Of a stretch of 64,000 nucleotides of DNA, positions 49,489 to 59,237 are shown piece after piece. A program made the translations under genes and the position numbers. This DNA is from Longimicrobiales bacterium (GTDB lineage: Bacteria > Gemmatimonadota > Gemmatimonadetes > Longimicrobiales > Gaopeijiaceae): positions 2,208,001 to 2,272,000 of the forward strand of contig CBDAON010000004.1 of assembly GCA_965198065.1 (NCBI GenBank), written 5' to 3'. Each line of letters starts with the position of its first letter. The first letter of the stretch is position 1. The notes beneath the pieces are model-generated. The model searched no databases, was not told the DNA's origin, and saw only the letters and a list, made by a program, of their open reading frames with translations.

Positions 49489-51601
49489 CCGAAGAGCGGA
49501 GGACGCCCGCGCCTGACGTCACCGTGGTCATGGTGACTTGGAACGTGCGGGACGTCGCGCTCCGGTCTATCGATCTCCTGCTCGAGCGCGCCGGAGATCT
49601 CGACCTCGAGGTCATCGTCGTGGACAACGCGTCCCATGACGGCGCCGTCGAGGCCATCCGCTCGCGCCATCCCGGAGTCGTCGTGATCGCAAACCGGGAG
49701 AACGTTGGCTTCGCGAGGGCGTGCAACCAGGGGCTCGATGCGGCCCGCGGGCGTCACCTTCTCCTCCTGAACCCCGACGCATGGCCAGGCGACGCGCGGA
49801 CGCTCGCCGGCCTCGTCGGGGCCCTCGATCGGGATCCGACGCTGGGCGCGGTGGGACCGAGGATCGAGTATCCCGATGGAGTCCTCCAGGCCCAGTGTGG
49901 GCGGCGCGACTACCGGCTGAGACACCTCGTCTGGGTGACTGGGATCACCGGGGACGCCGGGAGGTGGAGGCCATCTCGGGCGCGTTTCTTCTCGTGCGCA
50001 CGCGGGCCGCTCGCATGGCCGGGGGGATTCCCGAAGATGTCTTCCTCTACTACGACGATCTCGCGCTCTGCGTCCGGCTACGGCGCCGCGGGTGGCGGAT
50101 CGAGTGCCTTGGGGACCTGACGGCCGTGCACGAAGGGGGCGCTTCCACCCGGCAGCATGTTGCGCCCGTAGACCTCTTCGAGGGGGAGGTGCGGGTCCGT
50201 CTCATCCGTGAGCGGTCGGGTCCCCTCTGGGGCCTCCTGTCGCGGGTGCTCATGGGCGCTCGCTCGCTCACGCGACTCGGGATCGCCCTTGCCCTCTGGC
50301 CCGTCCCCGGACTCGAATCCATGAGGAAGGAGCGGCCACGGCTCTTCCAGACGCGCCGACACGCGCTCCTCCTTCTCTGGAGTGTCTGGCCCTCTCGCGT
50401 CCGGCGCGCTCTTCCCACCGCACCGTCCCGCCCGGATCGCGGCCCGCGGATCCTCCTGGTCGGGCCGACCCCCCCTCCGGCGCACGGGAACTCCGTGTGG
50501 ACCGCGACCGTGCTGGGTCACCCGCGCGTCCGCGCCGCGCTCGAGGTCGAGCACCTCGACACCTCGGATCGGCGGACGATCTCGAACCTCGGCACTTTCG
50601 ACCTGCGGAACGTGGCGCTCGCCGTGCGCCACGCCCTGGAGCTGGCGGCGCTCTGCCGACGCTTCCGTCCCTCGGTGGTCTACGTTCCGCTGTCCCAGAA
50701 CGCGCTGGGATTCTTGCGCGACGCGCTCCTCGTCCGGATCGCGGCCGGGAGGGGGTCGAAGGTCGTCGTGCATCTCCACGGCGGGGAGCTCGACCGGTTC
50801 CTCGAGAGGTGTGCGGCCCCGCTCCGGGCGGTGGTCCGGAGCACGGCACGGCGGATCGAGGAGGGGTGGGTGCTCGCCGAGGGGCTTCGGCCCCAGTTCG
50901 CGTCGCTCCTCCCCGCGGAACGTGTCCGCGTCGTCCCGAACGGCGTCCGGGACTGGACGAGGGATCCGTGTGTGGGGCCGGAGCGCGAGCAGCGCCCCGT
51001 CGGGCGGGGTGGACGGGCTACCGAGCCCGGGCCGACCCGCGTCCTCTATCTGGGACAGCTTTCCAGAAAGAAGGGCGTGTTCGACCTCTTCGATGCGCTC
51101 GCCAGTCTGGACACTGATGGATCCCACGTGCGACTTCACCTGGCCGGGAGCTGGCTGGATCCAACCCAGGAGATCGAGGCAGCGGCCTGCATCGGAACGC
51201 TCCGGGCCGAGGGAGTCGACGTGGAGGAACACGGGGTCGCGGACGACGCATTAAAGGCGCGGCTGCTCGGCTCGACAGACCTGTTCGTCCTCCCCTCCCT
51301 GGCCGAGGGGCAGCCGCTCACGATCCTCGAGGCCATGGCCGGCGATCTCCCCGTGGTCGCGACGCGGGCGGGTGGGGTCCCGGACCTAGTTGTGGACGGA
51401 GAGACCGGCGTGCTGGTCGAGCCGGGAAACGTACCGGCTCTCCGGGAGGCCCTTCAGGCCCTCGCTCGGAGCGGGGAGGAAAGGCGACGGATGGGCCGAG
51501 CGGCCCGGATACGCTACCTTGAGCGGTTTACCTACGACCGGCTCACGGAACGGCTGGTGAGCGCGTTCCGTGACGTAGCGGAGCGGGAGCGAGCTCTGTG
51601 A
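49485..51601 (+). pseudogene. Bifunctional GT2-GT4 glycosyltransferase, deletion/frameshift near 49935
   Basis: GT2: IVVDNAS.DG, NVGFARACNQG, LLNPD / SGAFLLVR, FLYYDD; GT4: LVGPTPPPAHG, HLHGG, KKGVFDL, PSLAEGQPLTILEAM. Confidence 0.8.
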
Positions 51602-53115
51602 ACCGCGGATCAGAGGCGCTCTCCAGACAGGGGACGATCGGTCGGCCGCTCGAGGGGATCGGGTTCGGTCGGCTTCCCTGGTCCAGCGCGACCGCTTGGG
51701 CCGCATCCCTCGGGGGGCCCCTGGCGCTCGGCGTGGGGCTGGCACTCGCCCCCTGGGACGTGGCGGGCGTGGCGCTCGGCGCGGCCATCTTCGTGGCCGC
51801 CGTGCGGTGGCCGCTCCCGATGCTGGGCATCTTCCTCACGCTCGGGCCGCTGGATCTCTCGTTCCTCACGGGGGGATTCAAGGAGCTCCTCCCCGGGCTG
51901 GGCGGGCTGGACATGAACGGGATCCGCCTGGTGGCGATGGTATCGGCGTTCGCGCTTCTGGCGATCCTCGACCCCAGGCTGCGCCCGCGGCTCTGGTCGC
52001 CTCCCGTCCGCTGGTACGTGCTCTTCCTCCTGCTGGCCGCGGCGACGATACCGGTGTCCGTCGCTCCCCTCGAGGGAGCGCGCCTCCTCTTCAAGATGGC
52101 GTGGCCGCTCCTCGTGTTTCTGGTCGTTTCCCATCCGGACCGCACGGGGGAGGAGCTCGATCGCCTGGCGGACTGGGTCCTGATTGGCGCGGCCGCCATC
52201 GTCGTCGTGAACCCGCTTTTCGTGGCTGCGGGCGGATACGAGTTCGACGTGGACGGACGGCTCCGCGTGCAAGGGGTCGGGCTCCACGAAAACCCGTTCT
52301 CGTTCTACCTCCTATTCGTCGTAATTCTCTCGCTCACCCGATTTGCCGCACGAGCGCAGGCCCGCTACCTGCTCCTGGCGACGGCGGCCGGCATCTGGAT
52401 GGGGCTCAGCCTCACGCGGATCACCTTCCTCGCCGCCCTCGTCGCGCTGGGCGCCGCTGCGCTCTACGCCGCCTTCGTGCGGCGCAACGTCCGGCTCGTG
52501 GTCGTGGCCCTAACCGCGGTTGCCGTCGTGGCCGTCGCGTTCGTGCCCGTGGCTCTCGAGCGAACGTTCGGGTACGTGCCTTCGCCCGGAGAGCTGTGGG
52601 GGTTCGCCCGGGATCCGGTGACGCTGTACGGAACGATCAACCTCCAGGGGCGGGAGCTCTACTGGGGGCTCCTTTACCTGGCGTGGAGGGGAAGCCCGTG
52701 GATCGGCCTCGGCCTCGGGTCGTCCAGTGGCATCATCCAGGATGTCCTTCCCCCTGAGTACGGGGCGGTTGCCCACAACGAGTACCTGCGGCTCGGTACG
52801 GACCTGGGCTGGTTCGGTCTCGCTCTCATGCTGCTCGTAGGATGGAGCTGGATCCGGGCCGCCTGGGGAAGGGGGGAATGGGCGTTTCCGGATCTTGCGG
52901 CGCTCGTGGTTTGGATCGTGATCTCGATCACGGACAACGCCCTCGACTACTACGCTCCGTTCACGCAGTTCGTCGGGTTCGCGGTCGCGATGGCAGTGGC
53001 GCGCGATCGGCTGGCGGGCCCGGCTGACGATGACCGAGCGCCAACCGGTCGGCCGCCGCCGCCGGCGGACCGACCTCCCGAGGCCGATCGACTATCGCCC
53101 CCGACCGGCGGCTGA
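51598..53115 (+). CDS. O-antigen ligase/polymerase (Wzy_C) family protein
   Basis: Multi-TM; HENPFS, SLTRIT, GRELYW, PWIGLGLG, AHNEYLRL..DLG. Confidence 0.87.
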   Translation: MNRGSEALSRQGTIGRPLEGIGFGRLPWSSATAWAASLGGPLALGVGLALAPWDVAGVALGAAIFVAAVRWPLPMLGIFLTLGPLDLSFLTGGFKELLPGLGGLDMNGIRLVAMVSAFALLAILDPRLRPRLWSPPVRWYVLFLLLAAATIPVSVAPLEGARLLFKMAWPLLVFLVVSHPDRTGEELDRLADWVLIGAAAIVVVNPLFVAAGGYEFDVDGRLRVQGVGLHENPFSFYLLFVVILSLTRFAARAQARYLLLATAAGIWMGLSLTRITFLAALVALGAAALYAAFVRRNVRLVVVALTAVAVVAVAFVPVALERTFGYVPSPGELWGFARDPVTLYGTINLQGRELYWGLLYLAWRGSPWIGLGLGSSSGIIQDVLPPEYGAVAHNEYLRLGTDLGWFGLALMLLVGWSWIRAAWGRGEWAFPDLAALVVWIVISITDNALDYYAPFTQFVGFAVAMAVARDRLAGPADDDRAPTGRPPPPADRPPEADRLSPPTGG

Positions 53116-53130
53116 GATCGCGATCGCCGC

Positions 53131-54117
53131 ATGAGGCCGTGTCCCGCGTGCCGATCCAAGGGCCCGTTCCGGGCGCACGCTGTGCCCGCCTGCCGCCACG
53201 GTCCGGGGCCCTCGGTCCCCTATCTCGAGTGCGGTGACTTCCGATCGCTCTTCATCAAGCAGATTCCCGATAGCTCCGACGAGCACTACGGTCCGGGTTA
53301 CCACCACCTGGACGAACGAGGGCCCAGGGCCTGGCTTCGGAGGAAGAGGAACCTCCACGCCGTGGCGGGGCGGGGCATCCTGGGTGGGGCCCTCTCGCGC
53401 CTCTTCCCGCCCCCCCTCGAGGGTTTCCCGAAGACCCTGCGGGCGGCCGGGGCGGGGCCCGAGCAAGGGGGGGAGGTCCGGATCCTGGACGTGGGCACGG
53501 GGAGCGCGGAGCTCCTGTTCCGGATGGCGGACGCCGGGTACCGGCGCATCACGGGGGTCGATCCCTTCCTGCCGGAGGGCCTGGACTCGCTCGACTCCTC
53601 CCGTCCGAGGCTCCCGCGTCTCGTCCGGGGCCATCTGGCCGAAATCTCCGGCCGCTTCGACCTCGTCATGTTCCATCATTCTCTCGAGCACGTCCCGGAT
53701 CCGGAGGCGGAGCTCGAGGCGGCCAGGAACCGCCTCGCCCCGGGGGGGAGAGTGCTCGTTCGCGTCCCCATCCTGCCGTGCTTCGCCTGGGAGGAGTACG
53801 GGGTGCTGTGGGTGCAGATCGACGCGCCGAGGCACGCCACGATCTTATCGCGCACGGGGCTCCCCGCCCTGGCGCGCCGGGTGGGGCTCGAGCTGGAATC
53901 CGTCCGGGACGACTCGACCGAGGTCCAGCTTCTCGGGAGCGAGATGTATCGGCAGGGTCGACCCTTGGGGGAGTGGTACGCTCACTACGGCTGGCGGCAG
54001 CGCCGGCGATGGCGGAAGAAGGCGCGGATCCTGAATCGGGACGGCCGCGGGGATCAGGCCGCGTTCGTGTTCAAAGCGCTTCCCGCTCGCGTTGAGGAAG
54101 GCCCACGCGGGAGTTAA
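53131..54117 (+). CDS. Class I SAM-dependent methyltransferase
   Basis: ILDVGTGS, GVDP, FDLVMFHHSLEHVPDP, W.QIDAPRH. Confidence 0.87.
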   Translation: MRPCPACRSKGPFRAHAVPACRHGPGPSVPYLECGDFRSLFIKQIPDSSDEHYGPGYHHLDERGPRAWLRRKRNLHAVAGRGILGGALSRLFPPPLEGFPKTLRAAGAGPEQGGEVRILDVGTGSAELLFRMADAGYRRITGVDPFLPEGLDSLDSSRPRLPRLVRGHLAEISGRFDLVMFHHSLEHVPDPEAELEAARNRLAPGGRVLVRVPILPCFAWEEYGVLWVQIDAPRHATILSRTGLPALARRVGLELESVRDDSTEVQLLGSEMYRQGRPLGEWYAHYGWRQRRRWRKKARILNRDGRGDQAAFVFKALPARVEEGPRGS

Positions 54118-54129
54118 CGTCCGCCCATC

Positions 54130-56308
54130 ATGAAGCGAATCGTGCACGAGATGGGGTCGGGGAAGCTCCGCATCGCGGACGTGCCCGTGCCGCAGCTTCG
54201 GCCCGGCGGGGTCTTGGTCCGGACCACGCACTCCGTGATCTCGGTCGGCACAGAGCACGCGACGCTCGAGACGGGAGCGAAGTCGCTTCCCGCTAAGGCG
54301 CTGCACCGCCCCGAGCTCGTGCGCAAGGCTCTGGACACGGCCGCGAAGGAAGGAATTGCCAGAGCGTACGCGAAAGTCCGGAGCCGCCTGAGTGAAGCTC
54401 GCCCCCTCGGGTACAGCGCTGCCGGCATCGTGGAGGCGGTGGGGCCCGGGGTCGAGGAGCTCTCGATTGGCGACCGGGTGGCGTGCGCCGGGGCCGAGTA
54501 CGCCTCCCACGCCGAGTGGAACTGGGTTCCGAAGAACCTCACGGCACGGATTCCCGATGGGGTCTCGGACGAGCATGCGGCGTTCTCGACACTGGGCTCG
54601 ATCGCGCTCCACGGGGTGCGTCAGGCCGAGCCGGGAATCGGTGAGTGGGTCGGGGTCATCGGGCTGGGGCTCCTGGGTCAGCTTGCCGTCCGCATTCTTC
54701 GGGCGGCGGGGGTGAACGTCGTCGGGGTGGACCTCGACCCGGTGAGGGTCCGTATCGGTCGGGACGGGGGCGCCCACGCGTTCCCCCGAACGGACCCGCT
54801 GGACGTCGCCGTGCGGCAGCTCACCGAGGGCCGGGGGCTCGACGCCGTCCTTCTCGCGGCCGCGGTGGTGAGCGCCGATCCCGTCGAGCTCGCGGGGACG
54901 CTGGCCAGGGACCGGGCGCGCGTCGTGGCGCTCGGCGCGTTCCCGATCGAGATCCCTCGGGCCCTCTACTACGAGAAGGAGCTCGAGCTCAGGCTCTCCC
55001 GCTCGTACGGCCCAGGACGTTACGACCGGTCGTACGAGGAGGGCGGGGTCGACTACCCGCTCGGCTACGTGCGCTGGACCGAAGGTCGGAACCTGGCTGC
55101 GTTCCTCGACCTCCTGGCGAGCGGAGCCGTCCGGGTCGAGCCCCTGGTGACACACAGGTTTCCGTTTGCGCGGGCCGAGGACGCCTACGAGCTGATCATG
55201 AGGGGTGGCCCGACCGAGGGCCTGGGCGTGGTGCTGGAATATCCCACGGAGGGTAGGGAGGAGCCGCGGCGGATCCAGGTCCGGGCGGATGCTACCTCGG
55301 CGCGCCGCGCTGTGCGTGCCCCGGCCGCGGGCAGCGTCGGCGATCCGGTCCGGATCGGGCTGATCGGAGCCGGAAGCTTCGCCCGGGGCACCCTCCTTCC
55401 CCTGCTTCGTGGGCGCGGGATCGACCTCCGGGGCGTCGTGACCCAGAGCGGGACCAGCGCCCGCGCGACGGCCGAGCGGTTCGGGTTCCGCTACATGGCG
55501 TCCGATCCCGAGGAGCTCTTCGGGGATCCGGAGATCGTCGCGACGCGTCGCGACGCGCCATCGCGCTCACGCGACCCTCGCTGCCAAAGCGCTCCGGGCG
55601 GGCAAGGCCGTCCTGGTCGAGAAGCCACTCGCCCTGGACGAGCCCTCCCTAGACGATGTGATCGACGCCGCCGGGTCGGGGCCGCTCCTCATGGTGGGCT
55701 TCAACCGCCGCTTCGCTCCGGCGACCCAGCTCCTCGTCCAGGGCCTCCGTGGGGTCACCGGGGGCCGGGTGGTGCACGCCAGAGTGAACGCGGGGAGCAT
55801 CGAGCCCGGCCACTGGATCCACGATCCGTTCGAGGGCGGCGGGCGCCTCGTCGGGGAGGGGTGCCACTTCGTGGATCTGGTCCTCCATCTGGCGGGCTCG
55901 CTTCCCGTCGAGGTCCACGCGACGGCCCTCCGCGGAGACGACCCCGACGCGAGCCTTCGGGACAGCGCTCAGGTCACGCTCCGCTGCGCGGACGGATCGA
56001 TCGGGTCCATCGTCTGTACGTCCAAAGGACATCCGCGGGCCGGGAAGGAGCGGATCGAGGTGTTCGCGGGCGGGGCGACCGGGGTGATCGACGACTTCCG
56101 CCGCGCTGATCTCTTCGGTCCCGGACGGGCCCGGAGGAGATGGAAGGGGCGGCAGGCCAAGGGACACCGCGAGGAGCTCTCGGCGTTCATCGATGCCGTG
56201 GCCCAGAGGGGGCCCGCGCCAATTCCCCTGGCTGAGCTGGAGGCGTCTTCCCGGGCCGTGCTTCGAGCGCGGCGGTCCCTGGAGGAGAGGAGGGCGCTCT
56301 CCCTCTGA
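54130..56308 (+). pseudogene. Bi-domain oxidoreductase (Zn-ADH-like + Gfo/Idh/MocA), frameshifted by a 10-bp duplication at 55537-56
   Basis: SVISVGTE, PLGYSAAG, SRSYGPGRYD..YEE.G.DYP..YVRWTE.RN, IGAGSFA / VEKPLA, MVGFNRRFAP, GGRLVGEGCHFVD. Confidence 0.88.
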
Positions 56309-56408
56309 GGCGGCCCCCCCTGCGGGGCCCCGAAGGAGTTGCGTCCTTCCCCCCCGCGCCCGACCTTCCCTGTCCGGTTTCTCGACCCTCCTTCAGAGGC
56401 GTCGCGGC

Positions 56409-56657
56409 ATGGCCACCTGGTTCAAGAAGAGCTACAAGCCCACGATTGAGGAGCTGCCCGAAGCGCTCCGCGAGATCCTTGTGGAAGTCCGCCAGGAGAA
56501 GGGGGAGCTCGAGGCCCTTCTCGCGAGGGTGGCGGGTCAGGAAAGCGCGATGGCCGCGCAGGCCACCCGGCTCGAGGAGTTCCACGGTCGCCAGGAGAAC
56601 CTTTCCATCCACCTGGGGGCCCTCGAGGCGATTCACCTAAAACCCAGGGGAACATTT
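56409..56657 (+). other. Coiled-coil ORF fragment in frame with the downstream outer-membrane gene
   Basis: MATWFKKSYKPTIEELPEALREILVEVRQEKGELEALLAR... with no stop before ATG 56658. Confidence 0.5.
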
Positions 56658-59042
56658 ATGCGGGGGAACATCATGCGTCTCGGCGTCCTGTTAGCGCTCG
56701 TCACGGGTTTCGTTCTGACCGCTCCCCCGGCCGACCTCTCCGCCCAGGTAACCCCACCCGCCGAGGGGCGCCGTGCGGCCGCGGCTCGCGCAGCGGGCCC
56801 CGAGATGAGGCCGCCGTCCACGCCCGCGGGCGTGGACATGAGCACGACTCAGTACGGGCTCGAGCCCGGGCGTCCCCGGGTCACGCCGTACCGGACGGAC
56901 ACGCCGCCCGTGATCGACGCCAACCTGGACGACCCGGTCTGGGCGAACGCCGCCTACCTCAATGAGTTCACCCAGGAGTCCCCGAACGACGGCGCCCCGG
57001 CCACGGAGGAAACCGAGATCTGGATCGCGTACGACGAGGATCACATCTACATCGCGTGTTACGCCCATTATTCGGACCTCGGCCTCATGCGGGCCAATCT
57101 GCTCCGGCGGGACCGGGCCAATGTCGACGACCTCTGTACGATCTACTTCGACACGTTCCTGGACCAGCAGCGGGGCTACGACTTCGACGTAAACGGCTAC
57201 GGCGTCCAGGGTGACGGCCTCATGTCCGTGGCGCGGCGCGGGGGCGGTCGCGGGGGTGGTGGCGGTACCCAGGTCCCACCCGCGGACCGCTCTTGGGATG
57301 CCCTGTTCGATACGGCGGGGCAGCCGGTAGAAGACGGGTACGTGGCCGAGATGGCCATCCCCTTCAAGAGCCTCCGCTTCCCGAGCCCTCCCGACGGCGA
57401 GCCTCACCGGTGGGGGTTCCAGATCGTCCGCGAGATCAAGTCCAAGGGCCCCGAGCAGATCGTGTGGTCGCCCATGTCCCGGTCCGTATCGGGCTTCTTC
57501 ACCCAGATGGGCATCCTCGAGGGGATGACGGACATCTCGCAGACCCGAAACATCGAGGTTCTTCCGACGGCGGTGGCGATCCAGCACGGGGAGATTGACG
57601 CGACCCGACCTGGCTTCGTGAACGAGAGCGCGGATCCAGACTTTGGGGTGAACCTGAAGTACGGTGTCACGACGAACCTCGTCGCCGACTTCACGGTAAA
57701 TCCGGACTTCTCACAGATCGAGTCGGACCGGGGACAGATCGAGACGAACCTGCGCTTTCCCATTTCCTTCCCGGAGCTCCGGCCCTTCTTCGTTGAAGGG
57801 GCCGAGATCTTCAGCATCCGCGCTCCGGTGACCTTCGTACACACGCGGACGATCGTGGACCCGGACTATGGCGCCAAACTCTCGGGACAGATCGGACGCT
57901 TCACGCTGGGCGTCGTCACGGCGAACGACGTAGCTCCCGGAAACGTGGACGATCCCGACGATCCCGCGAAGGGCCAGACGGCCCAGACGTACATCGCGAG
58001 GGCGCAGTACGATCTGTTCCCGGAGTCGAACGTCGGGATGATCTTCACCGACCGCGAGTTCATGACCAGCTACAGCCGTCTCTACGGGGCCGACTCGAAC
58101 ATCCGGTTCAGCTCGACGATTTCCGGAGATATGAAGCTGGTGAGGTCGGACCACCGGGCCCTGGGCGACGAGCAGGCGACCGATGGACACATGTTCTCGA
58201 CCCGCCTCTCCCACAACGGCCGTACCCTGGGACTGACGTTCCAGGCCAACCAGATCTCTCCCGACTTCAGGACGGACGTGGGCTTCGTTCGCCGCCGGGA
58301 TCAGCGGGAGGCTTCGGGGAACGCGTCGGTCCGGTTCTGGCCCGCCGGGAGCGTGCTCGTGAACTGGGGGCCCTCGGTCGATTACGGACGACTGTACGAC
58401 TTCAGCGAGGTCCTCCAGGACGAGAACCTGGGCGCGGGCATCAACTTTTCGTTCGTCCGCAACATCAGCGTCGGCGCCAACCTGAGTCGCAATATGGAGC
58501 GGTTCGGCGGGACGGAATACGAGATGAGCGGGTTCTCGGTCCGCGGGAACGTCAACGCCCGGCAGTACTCCTTCGGGACCAACTTCTCGAAGGGAGAGTC
58601 CCTCTTCTTCGCGGAGGAGATCGTCGGAGACTCGTTCCGTTGGAGCGTGAACGGATCATTTCGCCCGAGTGACCGGATGCAGACCGGGCTGAACTACACC
58701 TCGAGCCGCCTCACGGACCCCCAGAGGGGGGACCTCGAGCTCGTCGACGTGAAGATCATCCGGTCCAACACGAGCGTTCAGTTCACCGAGCGGCTGGGGT
58801 TCCGGAACATCGTCGAGTATAGCACGCAGGAGGAGACCCTCGACTTCAACCTTCTCTTCCAGTACCAGGTAAACGCGGGAACAGTCTTCTATCTGGGCTA
58901 CGACGACCACTACCAGCAGGCCGACCTGATCGAGGGCGATCGGGATGGAGACGGAGTGGACGAGTACCTCTTCCAGGGCGACTCGCTCCGCCGCACCAAC
59001 CGGGCGATCTTCTTCAAGGCGCAGTATCTCTTGAGGTACTGA
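56658..59042 (+). CDS. Secreted CBM9-like/DUF5916-type outer-membrane protein, copy 1
   Basis: Signal peptide; PVIDANLDDPVW, EMAIPFKSLRF, DFTVNPDFSQIESD, FPELRPFFVEG, HTRTI; C-terminal FFKAQYLLRY beta-signal. Confidence 0.8.
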   Translation: MRGNIMRLGVLLALVTGFVLTAPPADLSAQVTPPAEGRRAAAARAAGPEMRPPSTPAGVDMSTTQYGLEPGRPRVTPYRTDTPPVIDANLDDPVWANAAYLNEFTQESPNDGAPATEETEIWIAYDEDHIYIACYAHYSDLGLMRANLLRRDRANVDDLCTIYFDTFLDQQRGYDFDVNGYGVQGDGLMSVARRGGGRGGGGGTQVPPADRSWDALFDTAGQPVEDGYVAEMAIPFKSLRFPSPPDGEPHRWGFQIVREIKSKGPEQIVWSPMSRSVSGFFTQMGILEGMTDISQTRNIEVLPTAVAIQHGEIDATRPGFVNESADPDFGVNLKYGVTTNLVADFTVNPDFSQIESDRGQIETNLRFPISFPELRPFFVEGAEIFSIRAPVTFVHTRTIVDPDYGAKLSGQIGRFTLGVVTANDVAPGNVDDPDDPAKGQTAQTYIARAQYDLFPESNVGMIFTDREFMTSYSRLYGADSNIRFSSTISGDMKLVRSDHRALGDEQATDGHMFSTRLSHNGRTLGLTFQANQISPDFRTDVGFVRRRDQREASGNASVRFWPAGSVLVNWGPSVDYGRLYDFSEVLQDENLGAGINFSFVRNISVGANLSRNMERFGGTEYEMSGFSVRGNVNARQYSFGTNFSKGESLFFAEEIVGDSFRWSVNGSFRPSDRMQTGLNYTSSRLTDPQRGDLELVDVKIIRSNTSVQFTERLGFRNIVEYSTQEETLDFNLLFQYQVNAGTVFYLGYDDHYQQADLIEGDRDGDGVDEYLFQGDSLRRTNRAIFFKAQYLLRY

Positions 59043-59081
59043 GCCGGCCAGTTCGTTTTTCCGCCGCAGGTCCTTTGAATG

Positions 59082-59111
59082 GGGCCCTCGTCTTCGGACG
59101 AGGGCCCTTTT
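59082..59111 (+). terminator. Rho-independent terminator
   Basis: GGGCCCTCGTC-TTCG-GACGAGGGCCC-TTTT. Confidence 0.9.
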
Positions 59112-59177
59112 GATTGCGGGCCGACGATTAGCTAGCGGGTGATAGCTTGTTGGACCACCACCGGCGTGACCCGCGCC

Positions 59178-59206
59178 TTGACAGTACTTCGTAGCAGTTC
59201 CAGCAT
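59178..59206 (+). promoter_or_regulatory. Possible sigma70 promoter for copy 2
   Basis: TTGACA, 17-bp spacer, CAGCAT (weak -10). Confidence 0.4.
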
Positions 59207-59237
59207 TAGCGGTTGACCTAAAACCCAGGGGAACATT

